Source: an uncultured Gemmatimonadaceae bacterium (GTDB lineage: Bacteria > Gemmatimonadota > Gemmatimonadetes > Gemmatimonadales > Gemmatimonadaceae). Taken from it: a DNA stretch of 64,000 nt. A model generated the notes under the pieces. It had not been told where the DNA came from. It saw nothing but the letters and a program-made list of their open reading frames with translations, and searched no databases. The stretch covers positions 3,008,001-3,072,000 of the forward strand of contig OY970320.1 of assembly GCA_963716745.1 (NCBI GenBank), written 5' to 3'. Positions 40,389 through 50,854 of the stretch are shown here, in pieces (the stretch's first letter is position 1; every line of letters begins with the position of its first letter). The position numbers were made by a program, and so were the translations under genes.

Positions 40389-41948
40389 CCTGGCGCCGAT
40401 TGCTCCCGACGCGGCGTGAGGCCGCCTGGGCGGGCGCGACGGCTGCGCTCTTCGCCCTCGCCTTCCCGCCGGTGCCGCTCGTCGTGCCGGCGTTCCTCTG
40501 TCTCATCCCGTTCGCGCTCGGGATCGCCGAGCTCGCGGATGGCGACGGAAAGCTCTCGCATGCGTTCCGGCTCGCATATTGGGCGGGTGCCATCGCGTAC
40601 GGCGCGACGCTCTACTGGATCGCGCTCGCGCTCGCGATCTACACCAAACTCGCGATCCTCGGCTATGCCGCCGCGGTGCTGCTCGTGCTCGCACCGGTCG
40701 TGGGTCTGGGCGGCGCGTTCCTCTTCGAGATCCGGCGGCGCACCAGATTCCCGCTCGCGATCCTGCTGCCGGTCGCGTGGGTCACCGTCGAGATGTTGCT
40801 CATGCACATCTCCGATCTGTCCTTTCCGTGGCTGCCCCTCGGACTGTCGCTCGCGCGGACGCCGGTGTTGGCGCAGCCCGCCGAGTTGTTCGGCGTTCAC
40901 GGGCTGAGCTTTTGGATCGCTGCCACCAATGGCCTGCTCGCCGATGCATGGCTCGGGCGCCGACGGTGGCAAGCCGTTGCGGTTCGCCTGGGAGCGGTCG
41001 TCGCGCTCGTGGCCGCAGTGTGGCTGTATGGGAACTGGCGCATGGCGAACATCGCGCTCAAGTCCATCGCGCGCGTCGCGATCGTGCAGCCGAACGTCCC
41101 GCAGGAGGACAAGTGGCAGGAGCAGAATCAGGGACGCATCCTCGGCATGCTGCTCGACCTCACGCGCCAGGCGGTCGCGCCGCGATGCGGGCACCGCGGG
41201 GCCGCCGCAACTCGTGCTCTGGCCCGAGGCCTCGCTGCCGGGATTCCTGCCGCAACATCCCGAATGGGAGACGGCCGTCGCGACCGCGAGCATGCAAAGT
41301 CGCACGCCGATCATCTTCGGCGTGCTCGACCTGAATTTCCCCGCGCCGGGGCAGATGGACTATTTCAACGCCGCGATGCTCTCTGACACCGCGGGCTCGA
41401 TCCGCTCGCAGCCGCCGTACCACAAGAGCTTCCTCGTGCCGATCGTGGAGCGCGTGCCGTTCCTGGATCCGCGCTGGTTCCGCAAGCTGCGCTACTTCGG
41501 CGGATTCGGCCGCGGCGGGCACCAGCCGCCGTTCACGCTCCCGTTCGGGAGAGTCGGCGTGCTCATCTGTTACGAATCGATCTTCCCATCGCTCGCGCGC
41601 GATTATCGCAATGATGGCGCGACGATCCTCGTGAACATCACGAATGATGCGTGGTTCGGACGGAGCCTCGCGCCGTGGCAGCACGAGGCGCATCTCGCGC
41701 TTCGCGCCATCGAGAATCGTGTAGGGATAGTGCGCGCGGCCAATACCGGGATCTCCTCGTACATCGATCCGCTCGGCCGTATCCACGGCGAGACCGAGCT
41801 GTTCACGCCGGCGACGCGACAATACACGGCGCAGACGACCGACGTCCGCACGTTCTACGCGATCGTGGGCGATTGGCTGGGATGGCTCTGCATGGCCGCG
41901 CTCGTCGGACTGCTCGCCATCGCGCCGCGCGCGCGGGCGGCGTCATGA
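40385..41948 (+). CDS. lnt: apolipoprotein N-acyltransferase, frameshift near 41185
   Basis: TM N-terminus, FPW.PLG, VQPNV, WPE, YHK.LVP..E, ICYES, NITNDAWFG, RAANTG. Confidence 0.93.
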
Positions 41949-43867
41949 GCGGCCGCTCCGTGGGGATCGATGTCGGCGGCACCTACACCGATCTCGTCGC
42001 GATCGATGAGGCGGGGCAGGCGGAGGCACGCAAGGTGCTGAGCACTCCGTCCGACCAGAGCGCCGGCGTGCTCGCCGCGCTCAATGCGCTCGGCGGCGCG
42101 CCCAAGAGTCTCGAGCGGCTCGTGCACGGCACCACCGTCGCGACGAATATGCTCCTCGAGCGCACCGGCGCACGCGTGACGCTGTGCGCGAGCGAGGGCG
42201 CCACCGATCTGCTCGATCTGCGGCGTCAGGAGCGCGCCTCACTGTACGATCTGACGCGGCATCATACCGCCGCCCTCGTACCGCCGGAGCGCCGCGCGGG
42301 CGTGCCCGGCCGCGTCGGTCCGGAGGGTGAGACGAGGCCGCTCGCGGCGGAGGAGGCGGCCGCCGCCGCGGCGCAGGTCGCCGACACGAAGCCCGAGGTG
42401 GTCGCGATCGCGTTGCTGCATTCGTATCTCGATCCGCGGCACGAAGAGCAGATGGTGAAGGCCCTCAAGGAGAAGCTGCCGAAGCTCGCGGCGATCCGCT
42501 CGAGTGAGGTGCTACCGGAGATCCGCGAGTACGAGCGCACAGCGACCACCGTCGCGGAGGCGTATCTGCGCCCTGGCGTCGGGCGGTATCTCAAGAAGCT
42601 GAGCGAGCAGCTCGCGGCGCGCGGCGCGCCGCCGCTCTCGGTGCTCACGTCGAGCGGCGGGATGCGCACCGGTGCCGATGCGGCGACGAACGCTGCGGCG
42701 CTCGCGCTCTCGGGTCCCGCGGGCGGTGTCGTGGGCGCGGCATTCGTGGCCGGGCTCGCCGGCTTCAACGAGGCGCTCACGATCGACATTGGCGGTACGA
42801 GCGCCGACGCGGGACTCATCCTCGAAGGTGAGCCGGTGACGGAGGCCGGTGGCGATGTGGCGGGCGTGCCGATCGCGCTGCCGCGCGTGCTCGTCGAAAC
42901 GGTATCGGCCGGCGGCGGGAGTCTCGGCTGGGTGGATGACGGCGGCGCGCTGCGCGTCGGTCCGCGGAGCGCGGGCGTCGTACCGGGTCCCGCGGCGTTC
43001 GGTCGCGGCGGCACCGGCGCGACGGTCACCGATGCGCACATCGTGCTTGGCAACGTGCATCACGCGCGGATGAGCGGCGGCATCACGCTCGATGCGGCGG
43101 CGGCGCGCGAGGCGGTCGGCCGCCTCGCGGCGCAGCTCGGCGTGGACGCGGAGCGCGCGGCACGCGCGATGATCGCGGCCGCCGATGCGGCGATGGCGCG
43201 CGCGCTGCGGCGCGTGAGCGTGGAGCGCGGCGCCGATCCGCGCCGCGCGGTGCTCGTGGCGTTCGGCGGCGGCGGCCCGCTGCATGGCTGCGCACTCGCC
43301 GAACATCTTGGCATGCGCGCGGTGCTCGTGCCGCCTTTCGCCGGCGTGCTGAGCGCGCTCGGCCTCGCCATCGCCGCCGAGCGGCGCGAGACGCTCACGA
43401 GCGTGATGCGCAAAGTGTCGGAGCTCGATCCGGGCGACACGCGGCGTCTCGCGCATTCTCTCTCGGGGAAGCCGGATCCCAAGTACGCGCACCGGTGGTG
43501 GGCGCGTGCGCGGTACGAGGGGCAGGGGCACGAGCTGGAGATCGCGTTCGAGCCGGGCGACTCGGGGCAGGAGATCGCCGCGCGGTTCGCCGAGATGCAC
43601 GACCGTCGCTACAACTTCACACTCAAGCGCGACGTGGAGATCATCAGCGCGCGCCACGCGGAGTCGGGATCGGTGCGGCCGCTCGTGCTCGCGCGGCGCG
43701 GCACGGCGAAATGGGGCGCGAGCATGGAGGACACAGGGGCCGAACTCGATGCGACCGTGCACGGCCGCGCGGTGATCTCGCTGCCCGACGCGACGCTGCT
43801 GGTGCCGCCGGGATGGACCGCGCGCGCACTCCCGATCGGCGGCTGGCTGCTGGAGCGTGACGCATGA
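41945..43867 (+). CDS. hydantoinase/oxoprolinase subunit A
   Basis: GIDVGGTYTD, HGTTVATN, EYER, SGPAGG, DIGGTS, AGGGS, FGGGGPLH. Confidence 0.92.
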   Translation: MSGRSVGIDVGGTYTDLVAIDEAGQAEARKVLSTPSDQSAGVLAALNALGGAPKSLERLVHGTTVATNMLLERTGARVTLCASEGATDLLDLRRQERASLYDLTRHHTAALVPPERRAGVPGRVGPEGETRPLAAEEAAAAAAQVADTKPEVVAIALLHSYLDPRHEEQMVKALKEKLPKLAAIRSSEVLPEIREYERTATTVAEAYLRPGVGRYLKKLSEQLAARGAPPLSVLTSSGGMRTGADAATNAAALALSGPAGGVVGAAFVAGLAGFNEALTIDIGGTSADAGLILEGEPVTEAGGDVAGVPIALPRVLVETVSAGGGSLGWVDDGGALRVGPRSAGVVPGPAAFGRGGTGATVTDAHIVLGNVHHARMSGGITLDAAAAREAVGRLAAQLGVDAERAARAMIAAADAAMARALRRVSVERGADPRRAVLVAFGGGGPLHGCALAEHLGMRAVLVPPFAGVLSALGLAIAAERRETLTSVMRKVSELDPGDTRRLAHSLSGKPDPKYAHRWWARARYEGQGHELEIAFEPGDSGQEIAARFAEMHDRRYNFTLKRDVEIISARHAESGSVRPLVLARRGTAKWGASMEDTGAELDATVHGRAVISLPDATLLVPPGWTARALPIGGWLLERDA

Positions 43868-45408
43868 GCGACGCGTCGTTCGATCCGCTCGATCTCGAGG
43901 TCATGGCGCACGGATTCTCCGCGATCGCGGAGGAGATGGGCGCGGTGCTGGTGCGCGGCGCGCTCTCGCCGAACATCCGCGAGCGGCGCGACTCGTCGGC
44001 GGCGCTCTTCGACATGAGCGGGCGCATGATCGCGCAGGCGGCGCACATCCCCGTGCACCTGGGCGCGATGCCCGAGGCCGTGCGCGCGGTGATCGCGATG
44101 AAGCCACGGCCGCGCGACGTGTTCCTGCTCAACGATCCGTACCATGGCGGCTCGCATCTGCCCGACCTCACGCTGGTGGAGGCGATCTCGCTCGAGGGAC
44201 GGAGCGCCGGCTACGGCGCCGTGCGCGCGCACCACGCGGACGTGGGCGGCATGAGTCCGGGCAGCATGCCGCAGGGCGCCACGGAGTTGGTGCAGGAAGG
44301 TCTCGTGCTGCCGCCGGTGCGCCTCGTGCGTGAAGGGATCATCGACGAAGAACTGCTGGCGCTCGTGCTCGCGAACGTGCGCACGCCGGAAGAACGATTG
44401 GGCGACCTGCGCGCCCAGCTCGCGGCGTGCGCGGCGGGCGTGGCGGGTCTCAGGTCGCTCGTGGCGCGCGAGGGCGCGGCGCGTGTGGCGGCCGCCGGCG
44501 ACGCGCTGCTCGATTACACCGAGCGACGGGCGCGCGCGGCGATCGCGATGCTCGGCGACCGCACGGGCCACGCCGAGGACATCCTCGAGGGCGACGGCGT
44601 GACCGACGATCCCGTGGCGGTGGTGGTGGATGTCAGCGTGCGCGAGGGGAAGCTGCACTTCGATTTCACCGGCACGTCGCCGCAAGTGCGCGGCAACGTG
44701 AACTGCCCGCTCGCGGTAACGCGCGCGGCGGCGGCATTCGTGCTGCGCACACTGCTCGACGATGACGTGCCGACGAACGACGGGATCGCGCGCGCGATCG
44801 AGCTGCACGCGGAGCCGGGCAGCGCGGTGCATGCGCAGTGGCCGGCGGCGGTCGCGGCGGGAAACGTCGAGATGTCGCAGCGCCTCGCCGACACGATGTT
44901 CGCGGCGCTCGCCGACGCGGGCATGGACGTGCCGGCGCAGGGGCAGGGCACGATGAACAACATCACCTTCGGCGGCGCGGGCTGGACGTTCTACGAGACG
45001 CTGGGCGGCGGCCAGGGCGCGAGCGCGCGCGGCGACGGCCCCGACGCGGTGCACGTGGGGATGAGCAACACGCGCAATACGCCGATCGAAGCGCTCGAGT
45101 GGGCGTATCCGCTGCGCATCGACTCGTACGGTGTGCGGCGCGGCACCGGCGGCGCGGGCAAGCATCGCGGCGGCGACGGCGTGATCCGCCGCTACCGCGT
45201 GCTCGAGCGGTGCACGCTCACGCTGCTCACCGAGCGCCGCACGCGCGCGCCCGCCGGCGCGCACGGCGGCCTCCCGGGCGCGGTGGGCGTGAACTGGCTC
45301 AACGATCGGGTGCTGCCGGCCAAGTGCCGCGTGGAGCTGGAGCCGGGCGACGTCGTGACGATCGAGACGCCCGGCGGCGGCGGGTACGGCGCGCCCTCAG
45401 CTCCCTGA
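43864..45408 (+). CDS. hydantoinase/oxoprolinase subunit B
   Basis: SPNIRERRD, HIPVHLG, NDPYHGGSHLPD, HHADVGG, NTPIE, TPGGGGYG. Confidence 0.93.
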   Translation: MSDASFDPLDLEVMAHGFSAIAEEMGAVLVRGALSPNIRERRDSSAALFDMSGRMIAQAAHIPVHLGAMPEAVRAVIAMKPRPRDVFLLNDPYHGGSHLPDLTLVEAISLEGRSAGYGAVRAHHADVGGMSPGSMPQGATELVQEGLVLPPVRLVREGIIDEELLALVLANVRTPEERLGDLRAQLAACAAGVAGLRSLVAREGAARVAAAGDALLDYTERRARAAIAMLGDRTGHAEDILEGDGVTDDPVAVVVDVSVREGKLHFDFTGTSPQVRGNVNCPLAVTRAAAAFVLRTLLDDDVPTNDGIARAIELHAEPGSAVHAQWPAAVAAGNVEMSQRLADTMFAALADAGMDVPAQGQGTMNNITFGGAGWTFYETLGGGQGASARGDGPDAVHVGMSNTRNTPIEALEWAYPLRIDSYGVRRGTGGAGKHRGGDGVIRRYRVLERCTLTLLTERRTRAPAGAHGGLPGAVGVNWLNDRVLPAKCRVELEPGDVVTIETPGGGGYGAPSAP

Positions 45409-47345
45409 GACGGTCGCCTCGTACACCTTCGCGCTCACGAACAGCTCCACGAGATCGGATCGATCATCCCGCCCTTCATCTCCATGCGCAGGATGTCGAG
45501 CGCCTTCGGCAGCTGCACCGCCGGCTTGTAGGGCCGATCGGCGGCGGTGAGCGCGTCGAAGATGTCCGAGATGGTCATCATGCGCGTCTGTACCGGGATC
45601 TCCTCGCCGCGAATGCCACGCGGGTAGCCCACACCGTTCAATTTCTCGTGGTGGCCGAAGGCGATCTCCGGCAAGCGGCGCAGCTCGCGCGTCCACGGGA
45701 TCTCCCGCAGGAAACGGAACGTGTGCGTCACGTGCGATTCGATCTCTTTCCGCTCGGCTTCATCCAGCGTGCCCTTGGGGATCGTGAGCAGCCGCAATTC
45801 ATCGACATCGAGCATGGGGTGCTGCTGGCCATCCCAACCGGTGAACGCGCGCGCGCCGAATTCCCTCAGGTCCACCACCGCCGTGTCGGCGAGCAATGAT
45901 GGTTCGTTCGCGGCGACCACCGAATTCAGGAACCGGTCGAGCTCCGCGATGCGCGACGCGAACCGTTCGCGCAATTCCGCCTCGTGCGACTCGAAGCCGC
46001 GCCGGCCATTCTCCGTGAGGAACGCGGCCCTCGCGCGCTCGAAGTCCAGTTCGGCGGAGAGCTTCAGGTAACCCACGCGGTCGCGGATCGCTTCGAGCGT
46101 CGGGCCGTATAGCTTCTTCGCCTTGACGAGCACCTGTTCGCGCACGCCCACCTTCCCGAAATCGTGCAGCAGCGACGCGTAGCGCAGCTCGCGCACCTGT
46201 TCCCGCGAGAAGGAGAAGCCCGCGTACTTCCCGGTGCCGCCGCGCTCGAGGGCCTGCGCGAGTCCCACGGTGAGATCGGCCACGCGTCCTGAATGACCCG
46301 CGGTCGTGGGATCGCGCGACTCGATCGCGGTGACCGCCGCCGTCACGAAGCCGGCGAAGAGCTTCTCGATGTCCTCATACAGCAGGGAATTCTCGAGCGA
46401 CACCGCGGCTTGCGAGGCGAGCGCGCCCACGAGCTCCACCGCGCGCGCATCGTACGCGAGCACCTCACGATCGGCGGCCTCGGCGGACGTGAGCTTCGCG
46501 GCGGGATCGCGCTTGCGATTGATGAGCTGCAGCACGCCCACAATGTCATCGCGCAGCGTCGTGAGCGGGAAGACGAGCATGCTCTTCGTGCGGTAGCCAT
46601 ACCGCTCGTCGAAGCTCCGGTTCTGCTTGTAACTCGCGCCCGACGGCAGCAGGTACACATCGTCGATGATCATCGGCTCGCGCGTCGACGCCGCGTGCCC
46701 GGCCAGGCTCGTGTGGTCGATCGGCACAGTGAACTCGCTGAACGGCACGCCGGTGAGGGAGTCGTTCTGCGCCAGCTTGAAGCGCAGCGCCTTCGGCGCG
46801 TCGTGCTCATCGCGCTCCACCAGGTAGATCGATCCCGCGTCGCTGTTCGTCACGCGGCGCGCTTGCGACAGGATCATCTCCAGCAGCTTGAGCAGGTCGC
46901 GTTCGGTGGAGAGCGCCGCGCCCACCTGCGCGAGCTCGCGCAGCTCGCGCGACCGCTGCGCCTCGTTGGCCCGCGCCGTGTGCGCCGTCGCGAGCGCGAG
47001 CGCGGTGTGCATCGCGCCGCGCAGCTGCACCGCGGCGAGTCCCGGGCGCGCGCCGCCCGGAATGAATCCCGCGAGACGGTCGCGCGGCCAGTCCGCCGGC
47101 GGCTCGGCGTCCGCCGGATCGCCGGCGCCGAGCAGCGCCGCGATGTGCGAGGCTCCGGCGACCGCCGCGGCGTCCGCGTGCTGGAGCATGGCACGATCGA
47201 CCACCACCACCGTCGCGCGCGACGGGTCGAGGGACCCCAGCGCGGGGAATCCGTCCGCCGCGCGCGACTCCACCTCGCCGTCGCCGCCGAGCAGCGGGGC
47301 GAGCGTCGCCAGCGTTCCCGGCGAGGCGATGACGAGAGGCTTCAC
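45397..47345 (-). CDS. GAF plus HD-GYP cyclic-dinucleotide phosphodiesterase, frameshift near 45457
   Basis: GAF (RSFDERYGYRTKSML, GVLQLIN), T.GHS.RV, LHDFGK, HHEKLNG.GYP, DIFDALT..RPYK; C-terminus DLVELF in shifted frame. Confidence 0.9.
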
Positions 47346-47359
47346 GCGCGCCGCCGGCG

Positions 47360-48082
47360 CTACTCCGTACCGCTCGGCGGCTGCAGCTTCTTGAGCTCCT
47401 GCTGCGCGGGCGCGAAATCGGGGAACGCCGCGAGCGATTTCTGCAGCAGCTGCACCGCTTCATCCTTGTTGCCGGCATCCTTCGCGGCGAGCGCGCGCGA
47501 GTACAGCATCGTCGCCTGGAAGGGCACCTTCTTCGCCTGATCGATCGCGGCCTCCTTCGCGCCCGACGCGAGCGGCGGCAGCTTGAGGCCCGAATTGATC
47601 TGATCGCCCAGCTTCGTGATGAGCACCATCACGTCCGTCTCCTTGCCCTCGACGTCGGTGTTGAACTCGACGACCGAGGTCTCAACATTGACCGAGCGTG
47701 CGACGAGCCGCATCGTGCCCTTGGTATCGGTGACGAATCCTCCCATGATCATGTGGCCCGCACCGAGGATCTTCCCGAGATGCGCTGCGGTCTCCGAGCT
47801 CACGCGGCCGCTGGCACCGAGGTTCTGCTCGTTGATGAGGGATTGGAGGTTCTCCCGCTCGACGACGCGGATCTTCGCGTTCGCCGAGAGCGAATAGATG
47901 AGCAGGTCCTGCATGCCGGCGGAGAGCGGTGCCAGTTCCGCCTGCGCCGCGCCGAGCGCGCCGTTCGTGAACGGCACCACGGCGATGGTGGGGCGCGTAT
48001 CGGCCTGCGCCGCCACCGCTCCCGCCGCGAGCGCCGACAGCGCCGCGATCCGCATGCTACGAATCAACCCAGTCGCCTTCAT
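47360..48082 (-). CDS. secreted CsgG/HfaB/TolB-N-like protein with C-terminal TPR-like helices
   Basis: signal peptide; TIAVVPFTN, IRVVERENL..L.EQ.L..SG.V...TA..GKILGA. Confidence 0.8.
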   Translation of the reverse strand: MKATGLIRSMRIAALSALAAGAVAAQADTRPTIAVVPFTNGALGAAQAELAPLSAGMQDLLIYSLSANAKIRVVERENLQSLINEQNLGASGRVSSETAAHLGKILGAGHMIMGGFVTDTKGTMRLVARSVNVETSVVEFNTDVEGKETDVMVLITKLGDQINSGLKLPPLASGAKEAAIDQAKKVPFQATMLYSRALAAKDAGNKDEAVQLLQKSLAAFPDFAPAQQELKKLQPPSGTE

Positions 48083-48100
48083 GTTCGCCTCCGTCGTGTG

Positions 48101-48969
48101 CTAGACGGTGAGAGTGAGCCCTTCTGCCGCCGCGAGGATCTCCAAGTGCGCACCGCGCTTCTTCGCCGCGGCGCGTCCGACTTCCACGAGCTTGTCCAAC
48201 TCGACATCGCTGCGTTCCGGATTGTGATGGAACAGCGCCAGCCGGTCGACGCCCGCGTCCACCGCGAGGTCTACGGCGTCGCCGATGTGGGAATGCCCCC
48301 ATCCGCGGTGGCGCCGGTACTCCTCAACGGTGTACATGGCATCGTGCACGAGCAAGGAGGCGCCGCGTGCGAACGCCACGAGTTCGTCGCGCCAGCCGGC
48401 CGCCTGCACGTAGCCGGGCGCATCGCCGAGTTCGTTGTCCGAGATGTACACGAGCGATTTCCGCCTTCGCCGGTGGCGCTCAGCCGGTACGCGAGCGCAC
48501 CGCCGGGATGACGAACCGCCAGCGGTCGCAGGAGGAAACCGTCGCCCTTGTGCGTGTCGCCGAGCACGCGGAATTCCACCGTGGACTCCACGTCGTCGAA
48601 CGTGACGGGGAATACCGTGGGCGACATCTGTTCGCGCACCGCGCGGTCCACCGCCGGCAGCAGCGCCTGCGTGCTCCAGATCGTGAAGCGGTTCCCGCGC
48701 GCGAAGAGCGGCGCGAAGTACGGGAGGCCGTGGATGTGGTCCCAGTGCGCGTGGCTCAGGAAGATGTCCGCGATGATCGGCGCGCCTTGTGCGTTCGCGG
48801 TGAGCGCGCGGCCGAGTTCGCGGATGCCGGTGCCGGCATCGAAGATCAGCAGCGCGCCGGCGGCGGTGCGCACCTCCACGCACGGCGTATTGCCGCCGTA
48901 GCGCACCGTGGCCGCGCCGGGCGCGGGCACGGAGCCTCGCGTCCCCCAGAAGCGAAGGGACAGCGTCAC
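48101..48969 (-). CDS. MBL-fold metallohydrolase (possible cyclic-nucleotide phosphodiesterase), frameshift near 48460
   Basis: FWGTRGS.P..YGGNT.C, DAGTG, SHAHWDH, HPGG, DNE, HDAMY, WGHS, FHH.P. Confidence 0.88.
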
Positions 48970-49649
48970 ACCTTCACCTGGGCGAGCGACTCGAGTCCGG
49001 CGCGGTCCGCGATGGAGATCTGCCGCCGCACCACGGTGATCAGCTTCCGGTCCTGGAACTCGCGCATCGCGCGCGAGACCGTCTCACGGCTCGCGCCGAT
49101 CATCTGCGCGATCGTCTGGTGGGTGAGACGCCGCTCGATGCGCGCGCCGCCACCCTCGCCCGCGGCGTTCAGCAGCAGGCGCGCGATGCGGCCGTCCACG
49201 TCGAGCAGCACGAGACTGCCGATCTGCTCGTCGGCTCGGCGCAGGCGGCGCGACAACTCCTGCATGAGCGCCCACGCGACCGCCGGCGATTCCTCCACGC
49301 GCCGGCGGAAATCCTCGCGGCGCAGCACGATCAATTGCGAGTCCTCCACCGCGATCACGTGCGCGGAGCGCGGGCGACTGTCGATGAGCGACAGCTCGCC
49401 GAAATGCGCGCCCACGCCCAGCATCCCCAGGATCACCTCACGCCCATCCTCGCCCACGAGCACGACCTTCACCTGTCCGCCGCGCACGATGAAGAGCGAA
49501 TCGCCCGGATCATCCTCGAAGAGGATCACCGTGCCCTTCGCATAGTTCCGCTCGCGCGCGTCGTCGGCGAACCGCTGCAACTCCACGGCGCCGAGTCCGC
49601 TCAGGAGCGGGATGGTCGCGAGGAATTCCGCCGTCCGCGTATCGCTCAG
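48966..49649 (-). CDS. Crp/Fnr-family transcriptional regulator
   Basis: FLATIPLL, cNMP cassette FGELSLIDSRPRSA, HTH THQTIAQMIGASRETVSR; apparent CTG start. Confidence 0.92.
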   Translation of the reverse strand: MSDTRTAEFLATIPLLSGLGAVELQRFADDARERNYAKGTVILFEDDPGDSLFIVRGGQVKVVLVGEDGREVILGMLGVGAHFGELSLIDSRPRSAHVIAVEDSQLIVLRREDFRRRVEESPAVAWALMQELSRRLRRADEQIGSLVLLDVDGRIARLLLNAAGEGGGARIERRLTHQTIAQMIGASRETVSRAMREFQDRKLITVVRRQISIADRAGLESLAQVKV

Positions 49650-50854
49650 CGGCTGCCTAGGGTGAGAGAGAGTTGCAATTCGCTTACGCCGAACGTGTTG
49701 GTACCCGACTGGATGTTGCCGAACTCCGCGCCGAGCATCGGCGTGAACGTGAAGTGTCCCAGCAGCCAGCCGACGCCGGCGCCCGCGCCCATCGTGAACG
49801 TCGCCGCGGTCGGCAGCGTGTTGTCGATCGTGAGCCCTGTGAGCCAGCGACCGTGGATCTGCGTCACGAGACCGACGTCCGGATCGAGCGGCGTGATGCC
49901 GCTCACGCCGAAGTAGAGGAAATTGCCGTTCGTGCCCGGCACGGTCTTCCCCGCGCTCGTGTAGCGCGACACGAAGCGGTCGTACGCGAACACGTTCAGC
50001 GTGCGAAAGCCCGGCGCCGACAACCGCCAGCGCCATTCGCCCTGGATCATCGGGCCGAGGGTGACCAGCGTGGAGAGCGTCGTGTCGCCGGGCAGCGTGC
50101 GCGTGAGATTGTCCTGCGTGTAGAACGTGCCCGCGACGCTGAACGCCATCGCCCCTGAACCGACGAGACCGTCGGTGCCCACCGAGACGCGGAATGCCGA
50201 GCCCGGCGCGAGCTCCACGTTGGTGATGGACGTGCCCAGCCCGAGCGCCGCCGCCTGCATCGGCGAATACTGCGTTCGGTACTGATATGACGCGCCGAAG
50301 CCCCACGCCCAGCCGGAGATCTTCTTCGCGTACACGCCGCCCACGGTGAAGCCGAAGCCGCTCCCGAGCACGGGCGACGCGGCCGCCAGCACCGGCGACC
50401 CGAGCACGCGCATCGCGGCGAATTGCGACGAGTCGAGATTCGTGAGCCCCGTGGGCAGGTTCACTCCGGCGGTGATGATCGCGTCGTCGCCGTGCAGCCG
50501 GATGCCGGCGCGCACGGTCATATCGGTGAATCCGCTCACGCGCACGGTGTGCGACGCGATGCTGCCCGAGTCGCGCGACGTGGCGGTGCCGTCCACATAG
50601 GCCACGTAGCCATCGATCAGCACGCGCTTCCCGATCGCGAACGCACCCGCGAGCGGAACGGTGAGTTGCTGCGCGCTCTTGAGCGATAAAGGCACGGTGT
50701 CGTTCGAGCAGCAGCCGAAGGCCCACTGCTGGTACACGGGCGCCACGGTGAAGCCGGTCTTCCCGTCGAACGGCAGCTGCGCGGCGACGGGTGCGACGGC
50801 CAACAGGCACAGCGCCGCCAACGCGGCGCCGGACGCGCGCGCACGGTGCATCAA
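49646..50854 (-). CDS. probable outer-membrane beta-barrel protein
   Basis: signal peptide ending VAAQ; many amphipathic strands with aromatic residues; C-terminal strand LQLSLTLG. Confidence 0.75.
   Translation of the reverse strand: MMHRARASGAALAALCLLAVAPVAAQLPFDGKTGFTVAPVYQQWAFGCCSNDTVPLSLKSAQQLTVPLAGAFAIGKRVLIDGYVAYVDGTATSRDSGSIASHTVRVSGFTDMTVRAGIRLHGDDAIITAGVNLPTGLTNLDSSQFAAMRVLGSPVLAAASPVLGSGFGFTVGGVYAKKISGWAWGFGASYQYRTQYSPMQAAALGLGTSITNVELAPGSAFRVSVGTDGLVGSGAMAFSVAGTFYTQDNLTRTLPGDTTLSTLVTLGPMIQGEWRWRLSAPGFRTLNVFAYDRFVSRYTSAGKTVPGTNGNFLYFGVSGITPLDPDVGLVTQIHGRWLTGLTIDNTLPTAATFTMGAGAGVGWLLGHFTFTPMLGAEFGNIQSGTNTFGVSELQLSLTLGSR

Noticed and set aside
48966..50810. 614 aa CRP with long N-terminal extension
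   Set aside because: The extension is an alternate frame of the beta-barrel gene
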